Source: Spirochaetia bacterium
Lineage (GTDB): Bacteria; Spirochaetota; Spirochaetia; SZUA-6; Bin103
Reading direction: 5' to 3'
DNA: 64,000 nucleotides
Assembly: GCA_965203055.1 (NCBI GenBank)
Contig: OZ241863.1
Coordinates: 2,944,001-3,008,000 of the forward strand
A program made the position numbers and the translations under genes. Shown here piece by piece: positions 37,305-46,613 of the stretch. The notes beneath the pieces were generated by a model. The model was not told where the DNA came from. It did not search any database and saw nothing but the letters and a program-made list of their open reading frames with translations. Numbering within the stretch: position 1 is the stretch's first letter; each line of letters opens with the position of its first letter.

Positions 37305-39677
37305 TCACTCGCTGCCGGCTGACCGCCCGTTCGGCTGCGCCGCGGCCGGCGCCGCAATCTCCGCACTCCAGAGTTCGCCCTCCCCGCTGATGAACTGGCC
37401 GGTGCGGAGGCCGGCGATCGCGTAGTCCGGCAACGGCGCCAGGATCACGCATGCTTCGCCGAGCAGCGCTCCGTATTCCCGGTAGTCGAAGCCGACGTTC
37501 TCGAAGCCGTGCGGCCGGTGTTGCGGGGACAGGTCCCGCGCGTCCGCCGGGATCACGTGCAGGAAGAACCGTTCCCGCACGTCCTCCTCGGTGCACGGCT
37601 CCTTGTGGTACGCCAGCACCCTTCCGGCGTGATAGAGGTCGAAGACCCCGCGGGCCGGTGCTCCCCAGGCGCCGGAGCGGATCGCGGCGCGCGCCTCCCA
37701 ATAGCGCTGCGCGGTCGGTCCGGCCGGGAACTCCACGCTCCAGAGCTGCCGCCCGCCCACCCGAACGAACTGCCCGGTGCGGATGCGCGTGAACTCGTAG
37801 TCGGGCAGTACCACGACCGCCATGCAGGCGCCGTCGAGCCGCGCGCCGCCCTCGTAGAAGTAGAAATCCAGGTTGTCGAACCCCTGCTGAGACGCGGGAA
37901 GGTCGGCGGCGTTCGCCGGGAAGACGTGCAGGAAGAACTTCTCCTGCACGTCTTCCGGCGCGCATCGGTTCTTGACGTAGGTGAGCGTCGCGCCGTCGAG
38001 ATACAGGTCGAAGTGCGAGCTGGCGGTCGGCTCCCGCGACCGTGTGGAGCGGTACGCTGACCGGAATGCGGCTGCGGTATCGTCTCCCGGCGACGGGTCG
38101 AGTCTGGCAACCGTGAGGATGACGTTGTGGTAGATGCGGCGCGCGTATACCACGGACGAAAACGGGAATCTGCGGCGCTGATCGGCGAGCGTAGCGCTGG
38201 TGATGACGTAGTAATGGCTCGCTACGTCGGGCACGCGGTCGGCGATGACGATTCTGCGCCGCTCGGCCGCGGGGAGCAGTCCCAGATTTCTGATCAAGGT
38301 CGGCTGAGGTGGGACGACGTGGACGGTTGCCGTCGGGTGGTGCCGGAGCAGATACTCCAGCCCATCCCGTTGCGCCGTTCCATAGTGGTTCATCTCGTAG
38401 CGGGTGCGCAGGTATTCGGGGGTACGGCGGTCCACCAGGAAGTTGAAGTATACGTGCTGATAGGGATGCAGGCGCGCGAGGTCGACCGCCATGCCGGCCA
38501 GCGCCGCCGCCGCCAGCGCGTAGACGCCGCGCCGCAGCCACGGCCGGCGCGCGGCTGCCAGCAGCCAGCGCATGCCGTAGACCGCCAGCAGGCACAGCGG
38601 CGCGGCCAGGAAGTACATGTGCCGCCAGCCGTGGTAGAGGTTGGAGTTGACCACGATGACGGCCGCGATCGACAGCGCCGGACAGGCAACCAGCAGCACC
38701 CCGAAGCGCGTGACGGGGGTGTTGCGGAGCGCGGAGCGCGGGCGGATCATGCCGCGCCCGAGCACGGCGCCGAACCCGGCCAGGCTCAGCAGCAGCGCCG
38801 CCGGCGGCGTGGTGATCGCCATCCAGGTGGGCAGGTAGTGCGGCGGAATCTCCGGCCAGCGCACCAACTCGCCCTGAAACAACATCCAAGCGCGGATGGG
38901 ATGGTGCGCCAGCGTGACGACGGCGTCGATCAGCTCGAACGGGTTGCGCCAGAGATGGGGCGAGACCGCGTACAGGGCCGCCGCCGCGGCCAGCAGGAAC
39001 GCGCCGGCGGTCGCCAGCGCGCGCCGCCGCTCCGCCGGCCCGCCGGCCCGCAGCAGATCAAGCGCTCGCAGCGCCGGCACCGCCGCGCACAGCAGCAGGC
39101 CCATGACCCGCAGGTTGACCAGCACGCCCACGCTCAGCCCGCAGAGCGCGAACGCGCCGGCGGTGTCGCGGCGGAAGGCGCGCTGCGTCAGGTAGAGCGC
39201 GATCATGAACATCGCCAGGAAGGGGATGTCCTTGGTGTTGAAGAAGGAGTGCGCGTACAGGCGGGGCTGCAGCAGGAACAGCAGCAGGGCGAACAGCGCC
39301 AAGCGGCGGTCGCGGAACAGGCGGAAGGCGAGCAGCCAGCAGAAGAAGCCGCCGGTGAGGAAGAACAGGTGAGTCAGCAGGCGGCGGCTGAGGTAGACGG
39401 CGCGGCTGTCGGTGAGGCCGAGCAGCCGCTCGACCAGGATCAGCGGCGCTTCGAATGCGGCTCCGTAGTACCGGTCATGGCCTGCCGGCAGGGCGCCGGT
39501 TGCGCCCTGCGCGTAGGCGATCGCCGCTTGGCCCAGGCGGCGCTGATAGGGCGTATCCGACGCCACGCCGTAGTCGTCGAGGACGGCGGCGCCCACCGCT
39601 GCGAACGCGATGATCGCGATGAGCGCGTCACGCCACGGCAAGCCGGCGGTTCGGCGGTTCGACAACAGGATTGCCAC
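37305..39677 (-). CDS. GT-C type membrane glycosyltransferase paralog GT5
   Basis: Same architecture; DT instead of DE in the first loop; two AACCGCCG units near the 5' end. Confidence 0.75.
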   Translation of the reverse strand: MAILLSNRRTAGLPWRDALIAIIAFAAVGAAVLDDYGVASDTPYQRRLGQAAIAYAQGATGALPAGHDRYYGAAFEAPLILVERLLGLTDSRAVYLSRRLLTHLFFLTGGFFCWLLAFRLFRDRRLALFALLLFLLQPRLYAHSFFNTKDIPFLAMFMIALYLTQRAFRRDTAGAFALCGLSVGVLVNLRVMGLLLCAAVPALRALDLLRAGGPAERRRALATAGAFLLAAAAALYAVSPHLWRNPFELIDAVVTLAHHPIRAWMLFQGELVRWPEIPPHYLPTWMAITTPPAALLLSLAGFGAVLGRGMIRPRSALRNTPVTRFGVLLVACPALSIAAVIVVNSNLYHGWRHMYFLAAPLCLLAVYGMRWLLAAARRPWLRRGVYALAAAALAGMAVDLARLHPYQHVYFNFLVDRRTPEYLRTRYEMNHYGTAQRDGLEYLLRHHPTATVHVVPPQPTLIRNLGLLPAAERRRIVIADRVPDVASHYYVITSATLADQRRRFPFSSVVYARRIYHNVILTVARLDPSPGDDTAAAFRSAYRSTRSREPTASSHFDLYLDGATLTYVKNRCAPEDVQEKFFLHVFPANAADLPASQQGFDNLDFYFYEGGARLDGACMAVVVLPDYEFTRIRTGQFVRVGGRQLWSVEFPAGPTAQRYWEARAAIRSGAWGAPARGVFDLYHAGRVLAYHKEPCTEEDVRERFFLHVIPADARDLSPQHRPHGFENVGFDYREYGALLGEACVILAPLPDYAIAGLRTGQFISGEGELWSAEIAAPAAAQPNGRSAGSE

Positions 39678-39739
39678 TACCGATTCACCGCCAAGCCGAG
39701 GATCAAGCTCATGCGGAGCGCCGTCGAGAGATGCCGCAT
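39677..39739 (-). pseudogene. 5' stub of an arylsulfotransferase gene
   Basis: MRHLSTALRMSLILGLA matches the start of ASST paralog 2, then stops. Confidence 0.8.
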
Positions 39740-39750
39740 TGCCACGCGGC

Positions 39751-39778
39751 CATAGCCTGAACGCCGAGCGGTTATCAT
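39751..39778. repeat. Degenerate intergenic palindrome copy
   Basis: catagcc...ggttatcat followed by ccgctcattcgc. Confidence 0.7.
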
Positions 39779-39794
39779 CCGCTCATTCGCGGCC

Positions 39795-41693
39795 TCACGG
39801 TTTCCGCGCCGCGGCCGGCGCCTCGATCTCCGCCGCCCAGAGCTGGCCCTGCCCGCTGATGAACTGGCCGGTGCGGAGGCGGACGATCTCATACTCCGGG
39901 AGTGTCGCGGCTACCAGGCAGGCGCCGTCCCAGAGCACGCCGCGCGTCCAGAAATCGAAGTCGAGGTTGTCGAACCCCTGCTCCCGGCTGTCGGCGGCCA
40001 GATCGTCTTCGCCGGCCGGAAAGACGTGCAGGAAGAAGCGCTCCCGGACATCCGCCCGAACGCAGGGCTCCTTCGCGTACACCAGCCGGTCCCCGGCCAG
40101 ATACAGGTCGAACACCCCGCCGGCGGCGCGCTGCCGGCCGTCCAGGGCCGCCGCCAGCTCCTCGAACCGCGCCCGCTCCTTGGCCAGGTAGTACTCCTTC
40201 TCGAACGTTGCGGCGCGCGCGTATGCGGGCGCCGCCGCCGGCGGCCGCAGCATGGTCTCGCCCATGATCGACTCGATGCCGCCGTAGGCCCGGTACCGCC
40301 GCGAGGAGTGCGGCCGCGGCACGTACCGTTGCCGGGCAACGACCCGGAACACTTCGTTGCCGGCCGCGTCCACCTCGACCACGGTCATCGGCGGGTCGCT
40401 CAATCTCGCGACGAAGTTGATCAGCGTATTGCCGTTGCTCAGCCGGTAGGCGCTGCTCCCGCTCGCCGAGTAGATATCCGGCGTCGGCCGGTACTCCCAC
40501 ACCTTCATCGCGGTGCCGGCCGCCTCGTCCAGCCGCAGCTCCAGCGCGCGCGAGTAGGCGCCGCCCTCGGCGTCGGGACGGCCCCGGCCGTTGTCGAACA
40601 GCAGTACGTTGCCGTCGTCGAGCTGCGCCGCGGTGTGCTGCCCGTAGAACCGGTCGTTCGGGTTCGGGAACTCGTAATCGCTGTCCGGTCCGTTCAGTTG
40701 CCATTCGATAGTCCACGAGTCCACGCTGAGCGAGACCACCTGATTGCGCGCGCGCGATGACAGGACGACGTTGCCGCGCGGGCCGATGCTCACCGAGTTG
40801 AGGTGCGTCCAACTGAAGTTGCTGCCGGTGCGGGTCCTCGCCCCGCGCTGGGCCGGGTCCAGCAGGTCCCAGGCGTCCGTCGAGTCCCAAACCTGCTCGA
40901 AGTGTCCGCTTCCCCGGTCCCAGACGCGCAGCTGGTCGGCGAACCCGGACGCATCCTGCGCCGGCCCGCCGTTCGCCGAGTCGTCGAAGACGAAGCGTGC
41001 CCGGCTCAGGTAGATCACGCGTTCGGCGTCGAGCACGGCGACGTCGTGGTGGGGATTCCCCGCGGCGCCACCCCGCGCGAACCGGTTGACCACTGCTCCC
41101 AGTGGGGTGATCTCGACCAGACTGCCTCCGCGCGCGAAGAGCAAGCTGCCGGCGGGCAACTGCGCGATGGGGCCGACGAGCCCTTCATGGTAATGGTACC
41201 AGACAATTCCGCCCACTTCGTCCTGGAAGACGTAGTACGCGCGCGGTTGATCGGACAGGATGAGCGGCTGCGAGCTCCTGCCGCGCACCTGCATCGGGAT
41301 GGCGGCGAGGGCCAGCGGCAGCGGTCCGGTGGTGAACCGGCCGCGCGGCCCGGCGGTCGCATGCGCGCCGTCGACCGCGGCCTCGTCCGTTACGGAGCCG
41401 TCCACCACGAAGATGGTGTAGTCGTAGGTCGTCTCCGGGCGCAGCCGGACGAGCGGGATGGCGTGCGCCGCGCCCGGCTCGCTCAGCGGCGTGCGGTAGC
41501 GGCCGGCCTGCGGGTTGTCGTACTCGACGAACACCCGCGCCGCGCGCGCCAGCGTCACCCGCACCTCGACGATCAGCGCGTTGCGCTCGCTGACCGACGC
41601 GCCGTGGCGCAGGACGGCGGCCGCGTCCGCGGACGCCAGGGCCGCGCCGACCACGATCAACGCAGCCGCTAGCGGCAGCTTCCTGCGCGTCAT
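39795..41693 (-). CDS. Secreted arylsulfotransferase paralog 4 with AAA-gene-derived N-terminus
   Basis: Starts MTRRKLP (as the AAA genes do) then LAAALIVVGAALASA; ASST motifs PHHD, WTHLNSV, GQHTA. Confidence 0.8.
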   Translation of the reverse strand: MTRRKLPLAAALIVVGAALASADAAAVLRHGASVSERNALIVEVRVTLARAARVFVEYDNPQAGRYRTPLSEPGAAHAIPLVRLRPETTYDYTIFVVDGSVTDEAAVDGAHATAGPRGRFTTGPLPLALAAIPMQVRGRSSQPLILSDQPRAYYVFQDEVGGIVWYHYHEGLVGPIAQLPAGSLLFARGGSLVEITPLGAVVNRFARGGAAGNPHHDVAVLDAERVIYLSRARFVFDDSANGGPAQDASGFADQLRVWDRGSGHFEQVWDSTDAWDLLDPAQRGARTRTGSNFSWTHLNSVSIGPRGNVVLSSRARNQVVSLSVDSWTIEWQLNGPDSDYEFPNPNDRFYGQHTAAQLDDGNVLLFDNGRGRPDAEGGAYSRALELRLDEAAGTAMKVWEYRPTPDIYSASGSSAYRLSNGNTLINFVARLSDPPMTVVEVDAAGNEVFRVVARQRYVPRPHSSRRYRAYGGIESIMGETMLRPPAAAPAYARAATFEKEYYLAKERARFEELAAALDGRQRAAGGVFDLYLAGDRLVYAKEPCVRADVRERFFLHVFPAGEDDLAADSREQGFDNLDFDFWTRGVLWDGACLVAATLPEYEIVRLRTGQFISGQGQLWAAEIEAPAAARKP

Positions 41694-41729
41694 GGGCGCG
41701 TCTCGGTGCGGCGCGGTCACGGTGCGGCC

Positions 41730-41756
41730 ATGATAGCCGAACGGCGCGGCTATCAT
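41730..41756. repeat. Intergenic palindrome copy (ATGATA-N15-TATCAT)
   Basis: atgatagccg-aacggcg-cggctatcat. Confidence 0.9.
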
Positions 41757-41773
41757 CCGCTCATCCGCCGGCT

Positions 41774-44104
41774 TCACGGCCCCTGCGCCGCGGCCGGCGC
41801 CTCGATCTCCGCGCTCCAGAGCTGGCCCTGCCCGCTGATGAACTGGCCGGTGCGGAGGCCGGCGATCGCGTATTCCGGCAACGGCGCCAGCGCCACGCAC
41901 GCTTCGCCGAGCCGCACCCCATGTTCCCGGTAGTCGAAGCTCAGGTTCTCGAAGCCGTACGGCCGGTCGTGCGCGGCAAGGTCCTCCGCGTCCGCCGGAA
42001 TCACGTGCAGGAAGAACCGCTCCCGCACGTCCGCCGCGGCGCACGGCTCCTTGTGGAAGGTCAGCACGCCGCCGTCGAGATAGAGGTCGAAGGCGGCGCG
42101 GGCGGCCGGCTCGCCCCGGTCCCCGGCGGAGATCGCCTGATGCGCCTGCCAAAACCGGCTCACGGACGGTTCCGTCGCGGCAAGGTCGATGGTCGCTTCG
42201 ATCAGGGCGCCTGCGCCGGGGACCAGCCGGCCGATTTCGAGCGCCCGGATCGGGTAGTCCGGCAAGATGCGGCGTATCATACACCGCCCGTCGAAGCGCA
42301 CCCCGTAGTGGCCGAACCGGAAGGTGAACGGATACCGGCCGCCGTCGCGGCGGATCAGGGGAAGATCATCGACCTCGACGGGAGCGGCCCGTAGCGTGAA
42401 CGGATGCGCGGTATCCTCCGGGCGGCACGCTTCCTTGACGTAGGTCAGCGTCCGGCCGTCGAGATAGAGGTCGAACTCCGACCGGAATAGCGGCTCCCCG
42501 GCGACCGTCGCGCGGTACGCTTGGCGATAGCGGTCGGCGGTGGCTTGGTCGACCCGGGACAGGTCGACTGCGGTGACCGCGAGCACGGTGTTGTGGTAGA
42601 TGCGGCGCGCGTAGAGGACCGGACCGAACGGCGGTTCCGTGCCAAGATGCCGGTAATCGGTGGCGAAGGAGAAGTCGGCCGCCCTGCCTGCTTCGTCGGC
42701 AATGAATAGCCGGCGCCGTTCCTCCGCCGGCAGGATGGACGCATTGCGCCGCACGTTGTGACTCCAGACGAAGGTCCGGTCCACGTAGCTCGGCGACTCG
42801 GGGTAGCGTTCGAGCAGAAATTCCAGCCCTTCCCGGTACTGGGTGCCCCAATACATCACCTGATAGCGGGTGTTCAGGCGCTCCGGGGTGCGGCGGTCGA
42901 CCAGGAAGTTGAAGTAGGCCTGTTGATGGGGATGGAGGCGCGCGATGTCGACCGCCATGCCGGCCAGCGCCGCCGCGGCCAGAGCGTAGAGTCCGCGCCG
43001 CAGCCACGGTTGGGGAGCGGCGGCGAGCAGCCGGCGCAGGCCGAAGACGGCCAGCAGGCACAGCGGGGCGTACAGGAAGTACATGTGGCGCCAACCGTTG
43101 TAGAGGTTGGAGCGCAGCGCCATGACGGCGGCGATCGGGAGCAGCAGGCAGGCGAGCAGCAGGAACAGGAAGCGCACGCCGGTATTGCGGACCAGTGCAC
43201 CGGGGCGGGCGGCGCCGCGACCGATCACGGCCGCGACGCCGAACAGGCACAGCAGCAGGGTGGCCGGCGGCGTGGTGATCGCCATCCAGGTGGGCAGGTA
43301 GTGCGGCGGAATCTCCGGCCAGCGCACCAGCTCGCCCTGGAACAGCGTCGCACTGCGGGAGGGATGGTGCGTGAACGTGGCGACGGCGTCGATCAGCTCC
43401 AGCGGGTTGCGCCAGAGATTGGGGGAAACCGCGTACAGGGTCGCCGCCGCGGCCAGCAGGAACGCGCCGGCGGTCGCCAGCGCGCGGCGCCGCTCCCCCG
43501 GCCCGTCGGCCCGCAGCAGATCAAGCGCCCGCAGCGCCGGCACCGCCGCGCACAGCAGCAGGCCCATGACGCGCAGGTTGACCAGCACGCCCACGCTCAG
43601 CCCGCAGAGCGCGAACGCGCCGGCGGTGTCGCGGCGGAAGGCGCGCTGCGTCAGGTAGAGCGCGATCATGAACATGACCAGGAAGGGGATGTCCTTGGTG
43701 TTGAAGAAGGAGTGGGCGTACAGGCGAGGCTGCAGCAGGAACAGCAGCAGGGCGAACAGCGCCAGCCGGCGGTCGCGGAACAGGCGGAAGGCGAGCAGCC
43801 AGCAGAAGAAGCCGCCGGTGAGGAAGGACAGGTGGGTCAGCAGGTGGCGGCTGAGGTAGATGGCGCGGCTGTCGGTGAGGCCGAGCAGCCGCTCGACCAG
43901 GATCAGCGGCGCTTCGAACGCGACTCCGTAGTATCGGTCATGGTGGTCCGGCAGAGCGCCGGCGTCGCCCAGCGCGTAGGCGACCGCCATCTGGCCGATG
44001 CGGCGCTGCTTGAGCGTATCGTGCGCCACGCCGTAGTCGTCGAGGACGGCGGCGCCCACCGCCGCGAACGCGATGAGCGCGACGAGCGCGTCACGCCACG
44101 GCAA
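41774..44104 (-). CDS. GT-C type membrane glycosyltransferase paralog GT6 (divergent periplasmic part)
   Basis: Same core; first C-terminal domain divergent; 5' end abuts the 8-bp repeat tract. Confidence 0.75.
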   Translation of the reverse strand: MPWRDALVALIAFAAVGAAVLDDYGVAHDTLKQRRIGQMAVAYALGDAGALPDHHDRYYGVAFEAPLILVERLLGLTDSRAIYLSRHLLTHLSFLTGGFFCWLLAFRLFRDRRLALFALLLFLLQPRLYAHSFFNTKDIPFLVMFMIALYLTQRAFRRDTAGAFALCGLSVGVLVNLRVMGLLLCAAVPALRALDLLRADGPGERRRALATAGAFLLAAAATLYAVSPNLWRNPLELIDAVATFTHHPSRSATLFQGELVRWPEIPPHYLPTWMAITTPPATLLLCLFGVAAVIGRGAARPGALVRNTGVRFLFLLLACLLLPIAAVMALRSNLYNGWRHMYFLYAPLCLLAVFGLRRLLAAAPQPWLRRGLYALAAAALAGMAVDIARLHPHQQAYFNFLVDRRTPERLNTRYQVMYWGTQYREGLEFLLERYPESPSYVDRTFVWSHNVRRNASILPAEERRRLFIADEAGRAADFSFATDYRHLGTEPPFGPVLYARRIYHNTVLAVTAVDLSRVDQATADRYRQAYRATVAGEPLFRSEFDLYLDGRTLTYVKEACRPEDTAHPFTLRAAPVEVDDLPLIRRDGGRYPFTFRFGHYGVRFDGRCMIRRILPDYPIRALEIGRLVPGAGALIEATIDLAATEPSVSRFWQAHQAISAGDRGEPAARAAFDLYLDGGVLTFHKEPCAAADVRERFFLHVIPADAEDLAAHDRPYGFENLSFDYREHGVRLGEACVALAPLPEYAIAGLRTGQFISGQGQLWSAEIEAPAAAQGP

Positions 44105-44110
44105 GCCGCC

Positions 44111-44286
44111 GGTTCGGCGGTTCGGCGGTTCGGCGGTTCGGCGGTTCGGCGGTTCGGCGGTTCGGCGGTTCGGCGGTTCGGCGGTTCGGCGGTTCGGCGG
44201 TTCGGCGGTTCGGCGGTTCGGCGGTTCGGCGGTTCGGCGGTTCGGCGGTTCGGCGGTTCGGCGGTTCGGCGGTTCGGCGGTTCGGC
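44111..44286. repeat. Simple sequence repeat (GGTTCGGC)22
   Basis: 176 bp of perfect 8-mer units, counted directly. Confidence 0.97.
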
Positions 44287-44290
44287 GACA

Positions 44291-44319
44291 GGATGCCTCG
44301 TATTGCCATAAGGTGTCAA
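44291..44319 (-). promoter_or_regulatory. Putative promoter in the AT-richer leader shared by GT6 and GT7
   Basis: TTGACA at 44319-44314 with a weak -10 (CATCCT) 18 nt downstream; near-identical leader at 49140-49248. Confidence 0.45.
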
Positions 44320-44459
44320 CCTACTCGGCATTTTCATTTGCTGTTGCTGCTGCATTTTGCTTGCTTTGCCGCACGTAAACCTTCCTCGAACATGGGCACG
44401 TCACTTTGTCACTTTGGTGGGGGCTGACCGCCCGTTCGGCTGCACGCCGGCGGGCGCCA

Positions 44460-44741
44460 GCGCCGAAGTCGAGGCGCACCACCGGGCGGCGCTTGGACCA
44501 CTCCGAGTGATCGTGCACGTGCAGGCCGCGGAACAGCTCCTCGCTGCCCTCGAACAGTTCCTTGATGGTGTCCAGCAGCAGGCTCTTGCCGAACCGCCGC
44601 GGGCGCGACGGAAGTAGTGCGTGCCTCCCCACACCAAGCACAGGATGAAGGCGGTCTTGTCGACGTAGTAGCGTAGTAGCAGTCGTCCTCGCGGAGCTTG
44701 CGGAAGGTCTGAATGCCGGTCGGCAGCTTCCTGCGCGTCAT
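44460..44741 (-). pseudogene. Frameshifted 5' fragment of an AAA-ATPase gene
   Basis: MTRRKLPTGIQTF..., 8-bp duplication gtagtagc, further indels; ends at RLDFG. Confidence 0.9.
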
Positions 44742-44777
44742 GGGCGCGTCTCGGTGCGGCGCGGTCACTGTGCGGCC

Positions 44778-44806
44778 ATGATAGCCGAACGGCGCGCGGC
44801 TATCAT
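44778..44806. repeat. Intergenic palindrome copy (ATGATA-N17-TATCAT)
   Basis: atgatagccg-aacggcgcg-cggctatcat. Confidence 0.9.
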
Positions 44807-44823
44807 CCGCTCATCCGCCGGCC

Positions 44824-44940
44824 TCACGGCCCCTGCGCCGCGGCCGGCGCCTTGATCTCCGCGCTCCAGAGCTGGCCCTCCCCGCTGATGAACTGGCCGG
44901 TGCGGAGGCCGGCGATCGCGTATTCCGGCAACGGCGCCAG
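44824..44940 (-). pseudogene. Orphan 3' end of the shared two-Cys domain
   Basis: Encodes LAPLPEYAIAGLRTGQFISGEGQLWSAEIKAPAAAQGP*. Confidence 0.85.
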
Positions 44941-45003
44941 CCTCATGGTTTCCTGACCGCCGCGCAGCGCCGTCGAACGGCACGCCGGCGCTGGGGCGGG
45001 GCG

Positions 45004-46545
45004 TCAGGCGCGGGCCACCTCGAAGGCGGCGATGTTGCGTGCCTCGCGGCTGAACTCCACGCCGAGCAGGTGGATCGGTTCGCCCAGGCCGCGGTACTTC
45101 TCCGCGTAGCCGCGCGCCTGCAACTGCGCCAGCGCGGCGCCCTCCGGCTCCAGCTCCACCACCTTGAACTCGAACAGATAGACGTTGCCCCGGTACCGCA
45201 CCGCCAGATCGACCCGCCCGCGGCTGCTCGAATCCTCGACCGTGACGTCCAGCCCCACCGCCGCGAACCAGGAATAGCAGACGCTCGCGTAGTAGCCCTC
45301 GTAGCGCGCGATGTCGTTGCGTGTGTGCCACTCGTAGGGGATGCCGGCGAAGAACGCCCGGAACAGCGCCTCCAACCCGGCGAAGTCGTTCGCCGCCAGC
45401 AGCCGGCGCAAGCGTGGGCGGTCCGCGGCCTGACCGGCGGCGCCGAGCGCGCGAAGCAGGCTGCGGTTGAGGCTCTGGCGCACCTCGCGGTTGGGATAGC
45501 CGAGCCGGTAGAGCGCCTCGCCATCGTCGTCTTCGACGTCCCGAATGGTCAGGTAGCCGGTCTGGAACAGCAGCGCCGCCGGCTCCATCTCCTCCACGTC
45601 GAACGCGGACAGCAGCTCGGCGCCGGCCAGCATCCCGTCCAGCTCCGGCGAGGCGACGCCGCGCTCGATCAGGATGTCGATCAGAAACGACGGCGTGCCG
45701 GTCTCGAACCAATGGGCGGCGAACTCCCGGCGGTCGAACAGCAGCAGGATGTCGAACGGGTTGTAGACCCGATCGTCACCGCGCCAGTTATAGCCGTTGT
45801 ACCAATCGCGGATCCGTTCGCGGTCCAGCCCGGCCAACTCCGGCGCGAACACCATGTCGAGATCCGCTTCGGTGTAGCCGCAGATCGCCGCATAGCGCGG
45901 ATCCAGCGTGATGTCGATCAGATTGTTGAGGCCGGAGAAGACGCTGACCTTGGAGAACTTGCTCACCCCGGTCAGCAGCGTGAAGTGGATGTGCGCGTCG
46001 GCGAACTTCACGTTCGAGTAGAGGCTGCGCAAGAGCCGGCGGTTGGCGGCCGCGATCGCCGGCGTCCCCAGCGCGTCCAGGATCGGCTTGTCGTACTCGT
46101 CGACCAGCACCGCCACCCGCCGGCCGGCGCTCCGGTGCAGCTCCTCCAGCAGGCGCCGGAAGCGGATCGGCGCGGAGGCGCTGCGCGCGCTCGCGCCGGC
46201 GGCCGTCTCGAGCGCCGTCAACTGATCGGCCAGGTCTTCTTGCAGACCGTCCGGCGCCGAGTAGTCGCCGCCGCCGAAGTCGAGGCGCACCACCGGGCGG
46301 CGTTTCGACCACTCCCAGTGGTCGTGCACGTACAGGCCGCGGAACAGCTCCTCGCTGCCCTCGAACAGTTCCTTGATGGTGTCGACCAGCAGGCTCTTGC
46401 CGAAGCGGCGCGGGCGCGACAGGAAGTAATGCGTGCCGGCGCGCGTCAGGCGGAGGATGAAGGCGGTCTTGTCGACGTAGTAGCAGTCGTCCTCGCGGAG
46501 CTTGCGGAAGGTCTGAATGCCGATCGGCAGTTTCCGGCGCGTCAT
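45004..46545 (-). CDS. AAA-ATPase/PD-(D/E)XK copy 5
   Basis: 513 aa, nearly identical to copy 1. Confidence 0.9.
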   Translation of the reverse strand: MTRRKLPIGIQTFRKLREDDCYYVDKTAFILRLTRAGTHYFLSRPRRFGKSLLVDTIKELFEGSEELFRGLYVHDHWEWSKRRPVVRLDFGGGDYSAPDGLQEDLADQLTALETAAGASARSASAPIRFRRLLEELHRSAGRRVAVLVDEYDKPILDALGTPAIAAANRRLLRSLYSNVKFADAHIHFTLLTGVSKFSKVSVFSGLNNLIDITLDPRYAAICGYTEADLDMVFAPELAGLDRERIRDWYNGYNWRGDDRVYNPFDILLLFDRREFAAHWFETGTPSFLIDILIERGVASPELDGMLAGAELLSAFDVEEMEPAALLFQTGYLTIRDVEDDDGEALYRLGYPNREVRQSLNRSLLRALGAAGQAADRPRLRRLLAANDFAGLEALFRAFFAGIPYEWHTRNDIARYEGYYASVCYSWFAAVGLDVTVEDSSSRGRVDLAVRYRGNVYLFEFKVVELEPEGAALAQLQARGYAEKYRGLGEPIHLLGVEFSREARNIAAFEVARA

Positions 46546-46580
46546 GGCGCGTCTCGATGCGGCGCGGTCATGGTCCGGCC

Positions 46581-46609
46581 ATGATAGCCGAACCCCGTGC
46601 GGCTATCAT
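46581..46609. repeat. Intergenic palindrome copy (ATGATA-N17-TATCAT)
   Basis: atgatagccg-aaccccgtg-cggctatcat. Confidence 0.9.
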
Positions 46610-46613
46610 CCGC

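Noticed and set aside
39795..42284. 829-aa N-terminally extended sulfotransferase
   Set aside because: The extension overlaps GT6 in another frame; a start at 41693 yields a plausible signal peptide.
44073..44378. ORFs of RRFGGSAV / PPNRRTAE repeats (also 48779-49249)
   Set aside because: Read-through of the 8-bp SSR, which has no stop in any frame; not independent genes.
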